A DNA stretch of 64,000 nucleotides from an uncultured Chloroflexia bacterium. GTDB taxonomy: Bacteria; Chloroflexota; Limnocylindria; Limnocylindrales; CSP1-4. Within the stretch, counting starts at the first letter, position 1, and each line of letters starts with the position of its first letter. The translations under genes were made by a program, and so were the position numbers. The notes beneath the pieces were generated by a model, which saw only the letters and a program-made list of their open reading frames with translations, searched no databases and was not told the DNA's origin. Positions 31,745 to 42,791 of this stretch are shown here, in pieces. The stretch is from assembly GCA_963745405.1 (NCBI GenBank), contig CAVUWY010000002.1:2071544-2135543 (forward strand), in the 5' to 3' direction.

Positions 31745-32110
31745 GGTGCATGGTCGTGCGCGCGGTAAGCGCGACAAGAGCCCTCACGGCTTGGAGATCG
31801 AGGCCGTGGGCGGTCCTTAGCACAACTCGTGCTCGGTGCATGGTCACTCGCAGCGTGACTGTGGCCTCAAGCTCCGGAGCGGCATCGGACCAGGGGTCAA
31901 TCTCAGAACGTGGGCCGGGCCTTCTCGCCCTCGGCCAGCGTGGTGCGTCCATGGACCCGCCACGTCGATCGAGAAGGTCGGCGGAGGCGGAGGATCGAGC
32001 GCCCGAGATGACCCAAGACGGCCCGAGGCGGCTTCGGCCTCGGCTCGTTATCCGGTCCGCGTCCATGCACCGGACCCGAGCCCATGCACCGGACCCAAGC
32101 CCATGCAACC
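31745..32110. repeat. cluster of 5-6 copies of the motif GGTGCATGG / CCATGCACC in both orientations. Three of them form a 19-nt direct repeat at 32063-32110 (CCATGCACCGGACCCGAGC). The region is apparently non-coding.
   Basis: Motif occurrences at 31745, 31835, 31946 (CCATGG core), 32063, 32082 and 32101, read from the sequence. Confidence 0.6.
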
Positions 32111-32173
32111 GGTCCCGAACCACGCACGGTCGAAGCCCGCCGCCGTGCGCGTCCCAATTCGACCGGCGTCAGC

Positions 32174-32836
32174 CTACGGGGCCGCGGAGCCCACCGGTGG
32201 CACGGCGATCGCCGGCTGGTTCGGCGATGGGTCGAGGACCGTCTGCGCCGAGGCCGTCCCGCCGGGGCTCGGTGCGGCCGAGCCGGACGCCGTCGTAAGG
32301 GGCGCGTCGTAGCGGGCGGTGATAGAGGAGTCGGGGGCGATCGTGAGCTCGACCGAGACCGGCTTCGAACCGGCCAGCCCGAGCGACGTGGCCGGATAGA
32401 CCGCGGCGATGCGCGTCCCGGACGCGTCGGTCGAGATCACCGAGGCGGATGTCGGCTTGCTCAGCGCATCGAGCGGGTCGCCGCTCGGGATCTGCCCGTC
32501 GACCGCGACCCACGGCTTGCCGGCCTCGAGGACCCACGAGTTCGGCGGGATCGTCCGGTAGGTGATCGAGGTCCCGCCGCTCGTCACGACGAATTCGGAA
32601 TTGCCCGACGTCCAGCGGCCCTTCGCCTCGGTCGCGACCGCGCCGCCGACGGTGACGGTCGTGTCGAAGGCATAGCCGTCACCGAGCGTGGTGAACGCCG
32701 CGCTCAGGGTCGATGCGGCATCGGCCGTGATGGTCCCGGCCGGCGTCGGCGAGGGGCTGGGCGTGGACGTCGACGAGCCGCAGCCCGCGACCGCGACGGC
32801 CGCGGCCAGGACGAAGCCGCCTAGGGAGAGAAACGC
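32174..32836 (-). CDS. hypothetical lipoprotein. The start codon is not resolved, probably because of an N-terminal frameshift.
   Basis: Lipobox LAAAVAVAGCGSS followed by a Ser/Thr/Pro linker. No in-frame ATG/GTG/TTG was found near the signal peptide. Confidence 0.5.
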   Translation of the reverse strand, partial: AFLSLGGFVLAAAVAVAGCGSSTSTPSPSPTPAGTITADAASTLSAAFTTLGDGYAFDTTVTVGGAVATEAKGRWTSGNSEFVVTSGGTSITYRTIPPNSWVLEAGKPWVAVDGQIPSGDPLDALSKPTSASVISTDASGTRIAAVYPATSLGLAGSKPVSVELTIAPDSSITARYDAPLTTASGSAAPSPGGTASAQTVLDPSPNQPAIAVPPVGSAAP

Positions 32837-32889
32837 GACCCCGCCACGAGGGCGGGGCCGCGCGTCGAGACCCCTGTGAGCTCGAGGTC

Positions 32890-34023
32890 TCAGTGCTTGG
32901 AGTCCCTGGAACCGCTCAGTCGGTGCATCTCCGGCGCGCCGTACTTGTGCCCGCCGAAGCCGTTGCCGTTGCCGTGGTGGCCGTGCTTGCCGCAGAACCC
33001 GGAGAAGCCCGAGACCTTCAGCGCGTATGTGCCGTCGGTCTTCTTGACGAGCAGGACGGAGACGCCGACCCACGTCTTCTCGAAGTGGGCGACGAACCCG
33101 TTGGCCGACACGATCGAGGCCTTCTTCGGCGCGGCGCTCGAGGACTTGTCCTTGTCCTTGGACGGGTCCTTGGCCTTCGGCCAGACGATCGCCTTCTCCT
33201 TGGCCGTGCCGCCGGTCGCGCCGTCGTATGCGACGGTCCCGTCGGAGGTGACGTGGTAGGCGATGGTCACCTTCGTGCCGTCGCAGAGGTGAGCCGTCCA
33301 CGTCCGCGCGCCGAGGAGATCGGCCAGCGCCCCGGAGAGCTTCTGGCGATCCTTGCCGGAGAGGGTGATCTTCTCGGCCGCCTTGCCGTCCTTGCCGACG
33401 CTGACGCTGATCGTCAGGCGCTTGACGAAGCCCTGGTAGGCGAAGCTGACGCCGCCGCTTACCGAGGAGGCGCCGCCGTTCGACTTCGACTTGACGGCGA
33501 TCGGTGTCGCGACGACGCCGCCCGACGTCGAGGCGGAACCGACGGCCAGGGTCGGATGGCCGCTGCCGTCGTCACCGATGGCGTACGGCACACTCGACGT
33601 CGTTCCGGCGCCGAAGACGGCGGCCGACCAGGTCGCGTTGCCCTTGAGGTCGGCGAGGGTCTTGGTCTTGGCGACGATCGAGAGTCGGTCGCCATAGGCC
33701 TTGACGGTGACCTTGGTGGTGCCGTCGGAGGTCGAGAAGCGGACGACTTCCTTGTCCGTCGCGGGCGATGTCTGGGCGAGCCCGCTCGCGGGGGAGAGCC
33801 CGACGCCCGAGATGTCGCCGGTGGCGGCGAGGGTGACGTTCACGGTGAGCGAGGTACCGAGCAGCGGCAGAGTGGCGGACATGCCACCGGTCTGCGCGAT
33901 CGGCTCGTTCGTGGTGGCGGCGACGCCGCCGGGGAAGGCCAGGATCAGCCCAAGCAGGGCGAACCCCGACAAGGTTGCGGCACGCCGCAAGTGCTGGGGG
34001 ATCACGATGTCTCCTCGTTGCAC
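32890..34023 (-). CDS. hypothetical secreted protein with a His/Gly-rich C-terminus
   Basis: Signal peptide LRRAATLSGFALLGLILAFPGGVAA. C-terminus GKHGHHGNGNGFGGHKYG. A GC hairpin (CCCCGCC-acgag-GGCGGGG) lies downstream at 32842-32860. Confidence 0.5.
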   Translation of the reverse strand: MQRGDIVIPQHLRRAATLSGFALLGLILAFPGGVAATTNEPIAQTGGMSATLPLLGTSLTVNVTLAATGDISGVGLSPASGLAQTSPATDKEVVRFSTSDGTTKVTVKAYGDRLSIVAKTKTLADLKGNATWSAAVFGAGTTSSVPYAIGDDGSGHPTLAVGSASTSGGVVATPIAVKSKSNGGASSVSGGVSFAYQGFVKRLTISVSVGKDGKAAEKITLSGKDRQKLSGALADLLGARTWTAHLCDGTKVTIAYHVTSDGTVAYDGATGGTAKEKAIVWPKAKDPSKDKDKSSSAAPKKASIVSANGFVAHFEKTWVGVSVLLVKKTDGTYALKVSGFSGFCGKHGHHGNGNGFGGHKYGAPEMHRLSGSRDSKH

Positions 34024-34303
34024 ACGAGCCCTGGGATCCCGACACCGATTGCTCTTCGCTGGAACGGCTCTGCGCGGGGGTTCGCTTGTCGGGGCGGGCT
34101 CGCTGTTCGATCGAGCACGTCGGTCGCCCTACCCTACACCGGTTTCCACGGTCGGAGCCCCAGCGTCACGCTCCGCGGGACCCTGAGCCACGCTCAGACG
34201 GCCGACTTATCCACATCCTGAGAGCTTTTGCGGTGACCATCGGCACCGCGAGACGGCGGTCGGACCGAGGGAGGGCGTGCGGCCCGCCCGTCGACTTGTG
34301 CGC

Positions 34304-34717
34304 TCAGCCGTCGGCGAAGAGGGTCACGAAGTCGGTAGCCGACAGGACACCGACCGGCCGCCCATCGTCGTCGACGGCGACGAGTCGATGGACTCGCCCG
34401 TCGCGCATCCGGCGGGCCGCATCGTGCAGCGAGGCCGCCAGCGGGACCGTGAGCGCGGGCGACGTCATGAGCTCGCCGACGCGCAGCCCGCTCGGGCGGT
34501 TGCGGAATGCCGCGCCGAGCGCCGGTGACCCGGCCAGGAGGAGATCCGTCTGGCTGATGACGCCGACGAGCCCACCGTCCGCGTCGACGACCGGGAGGCC
34601 ACTGATCTGATTGGCGCGGAGGAGCTGCTCGACGACCTCGATCGAGGCGTCCGGGGTGATGGTCACCGGATCGATCGTCATGACGTCCGCGACGCGGAGG
34701 GCACGCAGGGCATCCAT
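34304..34717 (-). CDS. CBS domain pair protein
   Basis: AAGGAGGAG ribosome-binding site upstream of ATG 34717. Two CBS motifs (MTIDPVTITPDASIEVVEQLL...GLPVVDADGGLVGVISQTDLL / MTSPALTVPLAASLHDAARRM...RLVAVDDDGRPVGVLSATDFV). Confidence 0.7.
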   Translation of the reverse strand: MDALRALRVADVMTIDPVTITPDASIEVVEQLLRANQISGLPVVDADGGLVGVISQTDLLLAGSPALGAAFRNRPSGLRVGELMTSPALTVPLAASLHDAARRMRDGRVHRLVAVDDDGRPVGVLSATDFVTLFADG

Positions 34718-35004
34718 CGTTGACACTCCTCCTTCTGACGACCCTCGGCTGCCGTCGGGCGACTGCGAGATGATCCGAGGATTGGCCGTCTCGGTCATCG
34801 GCTGCAGGGCCGATCGGCCCGAATCGATGGACCGCGAGGCACGGCGTGCCGGGTTCACCCGGGCGCGACGACACGGACGCGATGGCCCGGCCGGCAGCGG
34901 CGGCTGGAAACCGGGGCCGATCTCGGCACGTAGTCCTTTTCACCGGTGCGGCTTGTCTGTCCGCAACCCTCCTGCCGCGTCGCACCGGAGGAGAGAGGTG
35001 CCGC

Positions 35005-36057
35005 ATGGCGATTCGTCGATTTGTAGTGATCGTGGCCGTGATCGGCCTGACCCTCGCGACAGCGATCCCGGTCGCCGCCGGCGGCGACCACCACGACCAC
35101 GCCGATTACGCGGTCCAGACGCTCGTCACCGGACCGTCCCCGGACACGGACCTCGTCAACGGCTGGGGCATCAGCCGCCTCCCGGGTAGCCCCTGGTGGG
35201 TCGCCGACAACGGCACGGACCAGTCCACCCTGTACAAGGCCGATGGCACCAAGCAGGGCTTGAAGGTCGCGATCCCCTTCGGTGAGCCGACCGGCACCGT
35301 GTCGAACGGCAGTGCCAGCGACTTCCACGGCGATCCGTTCCTGTTCGACAGCGAGGCCGGCGTGATCTCCGGCTGGCGCAGCGCACTCGGGACGAATGCC
35401 GAGGTCGGCAACAACGACCATCAGGGCGACGCGGTCTACAAGGGCCTCGCCATCGGAACGGCCGACGTCGGCAACGGCATGCAGACCTACCTCTATGCCA
35501 CCGACTTCCACAACGGTCGGATCGACGTCTTCAACAACGCGTTCGCATCGCAGACGTGGACGGGCGCCTTCGTCGACCCGAAGCTCCCCAAGGGCTACGC
35601 CCCGTTCGGCATCCAGAACCTCAAGGGATTGATCTTCGTCACATACGCGAAGACGCAGCAGGGCAGCGATGACGAGGTCGACGGCAAGGGCCTCGGCGTC
35701 GTCGACGTGTTCCTGACCGACGGGACCTTCTTCGCCCGCGTGGCCAGGGGCGATGGACTCGACGCGCCGTGGGGCATGGCCTGGGCACCGTCCGACTTCG
35801 GGCCCTTCAGCGGCGACCTCATCGTCGGCAACTTCGGCGACGGCAGGCTCCACGCGTATTCCTGGAATGGCAGCCACTGGCATTCCGACGGCACGCTGAC
35901 CGGCGCCCACCACAAGTCGCTCTCGATCGACGGCCTGTGGGGCATCGGCTTCGGCGGCGGGACCGTCAACAACGGCCCGAAGAACACGCTCTTCTTCGCC
36001 GCCGGTCCGAACGACGAGAACGGTGGTGCCTTCGGCACGATCGTCGCTACTCCCTGA
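35005..36057 (+). CDS. TIGR03118-family secreted protein (uncharacterised beta-propeller-like)
   Basis: Signal peptide MAIRRFVVIVAVIGLTLATAIPVAAG. Conserved TIGR03118-like blocks (NGWGIS, PWWVADNGT, GTFFA). The family match comes from recollection. Confidence 0.6.
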   Translation: MAIRRFVVIVAVIGLTLATAIPVAAGGDHHDHADYAVQTLVTGPSPDTDLVNGWGISRLPGSPWWVADNGTDQSTLYKADGTKQGLKVAIPFGEPTGTVSNGSASDFHGDPFLFDSEAGVISGWRSALGTNAEVGNNDHQGDAVYKGLAIGTADVGNGMQTYLYATDFHNGRIDVFNNAFASQTWTGAFVDPKLPKGYAPFGIQNLKGLIFVTYAKTQQGSDDEVDGKGLGVVDVFLTDGTFFARVARGDGLDAPWGMAWAPSDFGPFSGDLIVGNFGDGRLHAYSWNGSHWHSDGTLTGAHHKSLSIDGLWGIGFGGGTVNNGPKNTLFFAAGPNDENGGAFGTIVATP

Positions 36058-36078
36058 CCTTCGTCGCTGGTTAGAGGA

Positions 36079-36117
36079 CGCGGGGTCGGCATCGCCGGCC
36101 CCGCGTTCGTTCGTTTC
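36079..36117 (+). terminator. intrinsic terminator: hairpin CGCGGGGTCGGC-atc-GCCGGCCCCGCG followed by TTCGTTCGTTTC
   Basis: Read from the sequence, 20 nt downstream of the TIGR03118 gene stop. Confidence 0.6.
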
Positions 36118-36313
36118 AGCCCGGGAGTCGACGCGGTCGCGGGCGGGTCCTGGCCGCCAGAGTCCAAAGGCACTAGACGCGGGGTAGGACCGTAGCCGAC
36201 AATCGCGACGCCGGCCGTCTCATGGACGGTCAGGCTCGATCTGCCGGCCGGGTGCACGCGGGGGCTCCCTCCGATCGGAGATGACGGGACACCGATCGAG
36301 GAGCGGTCACTTG

Positions 36314-37459
<1,146 letters not shown>

Positions 37460-37533
37460 TCCCGGAGCACCGGTAGCCGTGCGTATGCTGAGCCGATGAG
37501 TCGCGCAAGGCGCTTGACCTGGCCCGTATCGGC

Positions 37534-38724
37534 GTGATCGACCGCTCGCGGGCCGCAGCGGCACCTGTCTTCGTGACGCGTTTCAGCCTGTCATCGCGGA
37601 CGGCGATCGGCGTCCAGACACGACTGATCCTCGAGCAGTTCCCGGAATGGCAGCACCTGTTCTGGACGCAGTACGAATCTCGATCGCTGGACCCACGGTC
37701 ATATCGCGCCGAGAACGGCCTCATCGCTCGCTCGACGAGGATCAGGAACGTCCCGCCGCTGGCGAGGCTCCTGTCACAGCTCAACGTCACCTATTGGACC
37801 GGTGACACGACCGACCCGCAGAGGCCGCGCGTTCATCGAGGCGTTCAAGGGAAGAACGCGCTCGGTCTACTTCGCTCCGATCGACTCGTCGGACGCACGC
37901 CGGATGCGGTCCATCGCCGAGCTCCTGGGTCTTCCCTTCGCCCTTCACCTGTGGGACTTCCTCGACGATGGACTCCGCGCCGGCGATCGGTCCACCCGAT
38001 GGTTGATCGACCGCGCCAACGCGGTCTTCTGTGGCAGCGAACCGCTGCTCCGTGAGGTGCGGCAGCTGCGACCGGGTGCCGAGATGCTCTCCATCACCAG
38101 GCGTCCACCGACTCACCGGGCCGCCGGCCGGCCGGCCGCGCCGCCGAAGATCGCCCTGATCGGGGACATCGTCGCCTACCGCTCCGGCGTCCTGAAGCTC
38201 CTCGACGCCGTGACGATGCTCCGCGCCGGCGGCTACGAGGTCACGGTTCGCTACATCGGTCGGCCGGGTGCGCTCCGACACATCGGCGTGCCCGCGAATA
38301 TCCCGATCGAGTGGTCGGCTTCCTGCCCAGCGACGCGGCGCGCGACCGCGCCCTCAGCGAATGCGACATCGGCTTCCTGCCCGGTCCGCTCGGGGACCCA
38401 GAGGTCGACCCGCGCAGCCGCTACTCGATCCCCTCGAGAGTCCTCGACTTCCTGGCGATCGGTCTCCCCCTCGTCGGCACCGTCCACCCGCGCTCGGCCG
38501 CGTACCGGTTCTGCGCGGATCTAGGTTCGAGCGCATACCTCGCGTGTGCCACGCCGGGCGAGATCGCCGGCGCGATCCGGGGCCTCGGCGACCCCCAGGC
38601 GTGGTCGGCATCGAGCGAGGCAGGCCGGGAGGCGTTCGCCTCCGTCGCCGGTCGACACCATTACGACGGCCTGATTCGCGCGATGTCCCAGGAGCCCTCC
38701 GGAGCCCAGACTCCAGGGCGGTGA
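37534..38724 (+). CDS. glycosyltransferase family 1 (GT4-like), with frameshifts near 37800 and 38300. The local GC is lower than its surroundings.
   Basis: Three consecutive ORFs (37534.., 37802.., 38311..) together give a GT-B C-terminal domain ([21 protein letters not shown]...EVTVRYIG...[10 protein letters not shown]...[17 protein letters not shown]). Confidence 0.5.
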
Positions 38725-38870
38725 GGCCGCAGAGGTCAAACGCCGCCGGGCGCGCACATCGCGCGCACATCGACGGAACGCCATGCAGGACCGCCGGGCG
38801 CGAACCGTTCAGCCGTGTCAGGATGTCGAGTCCAGGGACGTCTTCGCTGGCCCGGTGGAGGAGCGCTGCG

Positions 38871-39814
38871 CGATGCGATATCGAACCATGCTCGTGCCGA
38901 TCGTCGCGGCTCTCGTCGTCGGGTCCGTCGCCTCGCTCTCGCTCGCCCGGCCGGCCCTGGCAGCCGTATGCGACGGGGCCGGCACGTCGCTCGGCAACGG
39001 TGACTTCGAGACGCCCCCGGTCCCGGCCGATAGCTACGTCCAGCTCCCGGCGGCGTCCGTCCCGCCGTGGCAGACCACCGATGAGGCCGGCCTGATCGAG
39101 CTCTGGGGGGATGGCTATCTCGGCGTGCCGGCCGGCCACGGCGCCAACTTCGCCGAGCTCAACGCCACGACCGCGGGAACGCTGTACCAGGATGTCGTCT
39201 CGACGCCGGGCTCGACGATGAGCTGGTCGTTGCTGCACCGCGGTCGCGGTGGCGATGACGTCATGCAGGTCCTCATCGGCGACGCCAACGTCGCGGACGT
39301 CACCGGCACCACCGGCTGGAACTACGTCTCGCCCGACCTGACCGATGGCATCACCGCCTGGGGCACCCACACCGCGGACTACGTCGTTCCGGCGGGTCAG
39401 ACCTGCACGCGCTTCGCGTTCCGCGCGGTGAGCACCGGCTCCGGGGACCCATCCATCGGCAACTTCCTCGACGAGGTCGGGTTCACCGTGACGATCCCGG
39501 CGCCCCCGACCCCGAGGCCCACCGCGAAGCCGACCATCACGCCGCCGCCGACGGCCACCATGGTCCCGGTCGCGGACAGGAACGACGGATCGTTCATCAA
39601 CGTCGCGGTCGTGACCCTGGTCGCCCTCGCCGGACTCGGGGCGTCTCGAGTCGAGGATCCGGCGGTCCCGCCGCAAGCGCTGACCATCCGCGACTGCCCG
39701 ACGACGTGGCGATATCAGTCGACTGCCGTTGTGGGTCGGACAGCGTCTGGTAGTCAAACCGAGGCTGTCCTTCGACTCTTGCGATCTGGTCGAGACGCCC
39801 GGCGGCCGGGTTGA
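38871..39814 (+). CDS. hypothetical secreted protein (galactose-binding-like / DUF642-like N-terminal domain, Pro/Thr linker, possible C-terminal TM anchor). The 3' end is uncertain.
   Basis: Signal peptide MRYRTMLVPIVAALVVGSVASLSLARPALA. NGDFETPPVP...GANFAELNATTAGTLYQDV. C-terminal hydrophobic stretch INVAVVTLVALAGLGA. Confidence 0.45.
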
Positions 39815-39855
39815 CGGCCTTGGTGCCTCGAAACCGGCCTGGACCGTTCGTGCCG

Positions 39856-40790
39856 TCAAGCCGAGGCGGTCGCGTGCGCCTCGACCGCCTCGGCTGAGGT
39901 CTGGCGGAAGATGGCGAGGATCGCCACCAGGACGATGACAGCCCCGACCGACTGTCGCTGATCAAGCCGCTCGCCGAGCAGAAGCGCCCCGGCGGCGACA
40001 CCGGCGATCGGTATGAGGTAGAACGAGACCGCCGCGAATGAGGCCGGCACGTGGCGCAGGGCGCCGAGGTAGAACCAGTAGGCCCCGGCGTAGTAGAGCG
40101 CTCCCGAGCCGATCGCGCTGGCGAGCCCGAGCGGTGTCAGGGCAGTCGGCACGACTTGGCCACCCGCGATGCCGACGACGAGCACGAGCCCGATGGCCAA
40201 CACGAGCGCGTATGCGCGCCGCTGCGCGAGGATCACCTGGCTCGTCTCCTTGGCGTCCGGGATCCAGCGCCGTGTGACGACCGAGTAGACCGCGCAGCAG
40301 ACGATGCCGGCGATGGTCACCGCGACCCCGATCAACTGCCCGCTGCTCGAGGCCGGGTCGTAGACGATCAGGACCATCCCGGCAACCGCGATGAGCGACA
40401 GGACGATGAAGGCCAGGGTGATCCGCTCGCGGAGGAACCAGGCCGCCAGGAACAGGATCATCAGCGGCTCCAGCGCCCACAGGAGCACGTACAGGCTGGC
40501 GGTGATGGTGGTCAGCCCGATCAGACCGAGCGCGTATGCGAGACCCGGGTTGAGGAGACCGAGCCGGCCGAGCAGCGGCGAGCCTTCGGTTCGAAACGCA
40601 GATCCCCTGACGACGCATGAGGATCGCCAGGATCGCGAGGCTGGCAGCGAGTTGGATGGGGAGGAGCGTGAATGGCGAGACTTCCGCGAGCGCGGCCTTG
40701 CTGATGACCGTCCCGACGCCCCAGCAGATGGCGGCGAGGATCAGCGCCGCGAGGTCAGGCGGGGCGACGGACGAACGAGAGATGTCGATG
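39856..40790 (-). CDS. EamA/DMT superfamily transporter, with frameshifts near 40490 and 40580
   Basis: Two EamA halves. The N-terminal half (...DLAALILAAICWGVGTVISKAALAEVSPFTLLPIQLAASLAILAILMRR) and C-terminal half (MLLWALEPLMILFLAAWFLRERI...) are joined by an alternative-frame segment (SPLLGRLGLLNPGLAYALGLIGLTTITASLYVLLWALEP). Confidence 0.7.
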
Positions 40791-40857
40791 CTCCAGGCAG
40801 ATGGACGAGGGATAGGCGGCGCTTGACCCGCCGGCCGAGGCTGACGGGCCGTGATGG

Positions 40858-40897
40858 CTGTATTGATACTTGTCAACATAGGCATCTGTCAATACAG
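40858..40897. promoter_or_regulatory. perfect 9-bp inverted repeat CTGTATTGA-N22-TCAATACAG in the divergent EamA/ArsR intergenic region, a putative ArsR-family operator
   Basis: Read from the sequence. It ends 8 nt upstream of the ArsR ATG. Confidence 0.55.
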
Positions 40898-40904
40898 TAG
40901 GCAC

Positions 40905-41450
40905 ATGAAGCGCCAGACCGACCCCGACGTCCTTCTCCTCCAGGCCGCCGCTGACCCGACCCGACTCGCGATCCTCCGCCAGCTGAGCGACCTTGCCGAG
41001 GTCTGCGCCTGCGACTTCACCGCCTGCTGTGACGTCAGCCAGCCGACCGTCTCGCATCACCTCAAAGTCCTCCGAGATGCGGGCTGGATCAAGGGCGAGC
41101 GTCGCGGCACCTGGATCTGGTACTCGCTCCGACCCCAGGCGGTCGAGCGTTTGCGCGAACTCGCCGGCGCCTTTGGCCCCAGCATCGCGTCGCCGGCCAC
41201 CTCGCGTCGCCTCCCGGTCGTCGAGGCCCGAGCCCAGGCCCAGCGCTGGAGTCCTGGCGATGAGTCCAAGAGCGCTCGGCCATCCGATCAGCTTGACTTG
41301 CAGCTGATCCGGTCGAGGAGGCGATCCCCTCCGACCGCCTCCCGCGCCGCGGCAGAATTGCCGGCACCGCGAGGAGGCCGGAGTGTTCTCGCTCCTGCCG
41401 AGCGACGCATCCACGGCCGACTTGCCGGCCGTGGGGAGGACACGCGATGA
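40905..41450 (+). CDS. ArsR/SmtB family transcriptional regulator. The roughly 70-aa Arg/Pro/Ser-rich C-terminal extension may be a frameshift artefact.
   Basis: LAILRQLSDLAEVCACDFTACCDVSQPTVSHHLKVLRDAGWIKGERRGTWIWYSL is the wHTH with metal-site cysteines. Confidence 0.7.
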   Translation: MKRQTDPDVLLLQAAADPTRLAILRQLSDLAEVCACDFTACCDVSQPTVSHHLKVLRDAGWIKGERRGTWIWYSLRPQAVERLRELAGAFGPSIASPATSRRLPVVEARAQAQRWSPGDESKSARPSDQLDLQLIRSRRRSPPTASRAAAELPAPRGGRSVLAPAERRIHGRLAGRGEDTR

Positions 41451-41908
41451 CTTCGTGGAGCGAGTTCGAGACCGCCGCCCCCGAACTGGCGGCAAAGGGC
41501 CGGCGGCTGTTAGAGCGGACGGGGCACGGGTCCGCCCTTCTCGCGACGGTCCGCGGCGAACTGCCGCCGCGCATCAACCCGATCAGCCTGGCGGTCGTCG
41601 ATGGTCACCTCGTCGCGTTCATCATCGTCGGCTCGGCCAAGATCGCCGACCTCGATGCCGACGGCCGCTACGCGCTCCACGCCCACCAGGACCCGGCCGA
41701 GCCGCACGAGTTCCTGCTCCGCGGCCGGGCCCACGCAGTGGCCAATGAGGCGATCGTGGCCGCCGCTCGATCCCGCTGGTTCTTCGAGGCCGACGACGGC
41801 TATCGGCTGTTCGAGTTCTCGATCGACCACGCGGTCTGGGGCGAGCGCGCCGACCCAGACGACTGGCCGCCGATATACACGTCGTGGCGGCCGCCGGCCG
41901 GGAGCTGA
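41447..41908 (+). CDS. pyridoxamine 5'-phosphate oxidase family protein (FMN/F420-binding split barrel)
   Basis: 153 aa. GRRLLERTGHGSALLATVRGELPPRINPISLAVVDGHLVAFIIVGSAK. Confidence 0.55.
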   Translation: MTSWSEFETAAPELAAKGRRLLERTGHGSALLATVRGELPPRINPISLAVVDGHLVAFIIVGSAKIADLDADGRYALHAHQDPAEPHEFLLRGRAHAVANEAIVAAARSRWFFEADDGYRLFEFSIDHAVWGERADPDDWPPIYTSWRPPAGS

Positions 41909-41949
41909 GCCCGCCGGGACCTCGGCCAGCAAGCTGGTATGCTGGGTCG

Positions 41950-42210
41950 ATGAAGGCGACATTCGATCTCGATGCCGACCTGTACAGGGCGATCAAGGTC
42001 GAGGCCGCGCGCTCCGATCGGAGCGTCCGCGAGGTCGTCGAGGAGGCCCTCACCGGCTGGCTGGAGCGGGCCGAGGAGGCCGAGGACCGCGCATCGGCCG
42101 TGGCCGCACTCGAGGAGTACCAGCGCGACGGTGGGGTGGCGGCGCAGACGTTCTTCGCCCGCCACGCCGCCGAGACGAAGGCGGCCTACGGCACCGACGA
42201 TCGCGAGTGA
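41950..42210 (+). CDS. type II antitoxin (ribbon-helix-helix)
   Basis: 86 aa (MKATFDLDADLYRAIKVEAARSDRSVREVVEEALTGWL). It overlaps the downstream toxin start. Confidence 0.65.
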   Translation: MKATFDLDADLYRAIKVEAARSDRSVREVVEEALTGWLERAEEAEDRASAVAALEEYQRDGGVAAQTFFARHAAETKAAYGTDDRE

Positions 42211-42503
42211 CCCGTCGGTCGACGGACGTCGGCCAGAGCGACTATCGAGTCGATCTCTCGCCGTCGGCCCAACGCAACCTGCGAAGCTTGCCTCCCGGCG
42301 ACGCCGCCCGAGCTCGCGCACCGATCCTCGCCCTCGGGATCGATCCGCGACCGCCGGGCGCCGTGAAGCTCACGGGCACCGACTTCTGGCGGCTTCGGAT
42401 CAGCGACCCGCGGATCGTCTACTCGATCGACGACGCCGAGCGGGTGGTGGTGGTCCTCCGCGTCGCCCGCCGATCGGAGAGCACGTACCGCCGCCTGCGC
42501 TGA
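42207..42503 (+). CDS. type II toxin, ParE/RelE family
   Basis: YRVDLSPSAQRNLRSLPPGDAARARAPILALGIDPRPPGAVKLTGTDFWRLRISDPRIVYSIDDAERVVVVLRVARRSE. The start codon (GTG 42207) is tentative. Confidence 0.7.
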   Translation: MTRRSTDVGQSDYRVDLSPSAQRNLRSLPPGDAARARAPILALGIDPRPPGAVKLTGTDFWRLRISDPRIVYSIDDAERVVVVLRVARRSESTYRRLR

Positions 42504-42545
42504 CCGACGCTCTCCGGAGGCGCGCCGCGGCCCCGAGCTGAGCGG

Positions 42546-42791
42546 CTAGTCCGAGTCCTCGTCGGGCGGAAAGGCGAGGTGGACCGAGGCATTTCGCGGC
42601 TGTCCGCAGTGTGCGCAGGTCTCGACCTGGGTAACGACTGGGGACAGCTGTGGGCTCGACGGCGAACGCGAAGGGTCGACGATCGAGATGGTCCCCTCGA
42701 ATTCGTGCGTGGCCAGCGGGCGCTGACGCCCGCGCCCGAGCGCGGCGCTCAATCGGTCCATCCAGCTCGTCCGCTCGGGTTCCGTGCTCAC
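42546..42791 (-). CDS. hypothetical small protein with a C-terminal CxxC
   Basis: GAGGAG ribosome-binding site 7 nt upstream of GTG 42791. No recognisable family. Confidence 0.3.
   Translation of the reverse strand: MSTEPERTSWMDRLSAALGRGRQRPLATHEFEGTISIVDPSRSPSSPQLSPVVTQVETCAHCGQPRNASVHLAFPPDEDSD

Noticed and set aside
28639-32298. 1219-codon open frame continuing beyond the TPR domain to 32298
   Set aside because: The last about 600 nt are low-complexity (Arg/Ser/Pro) and cover the GGTGCATGG motif cluster. This is probably non-coding read-through in a stop-poor frame, so the true stop is unresolved.
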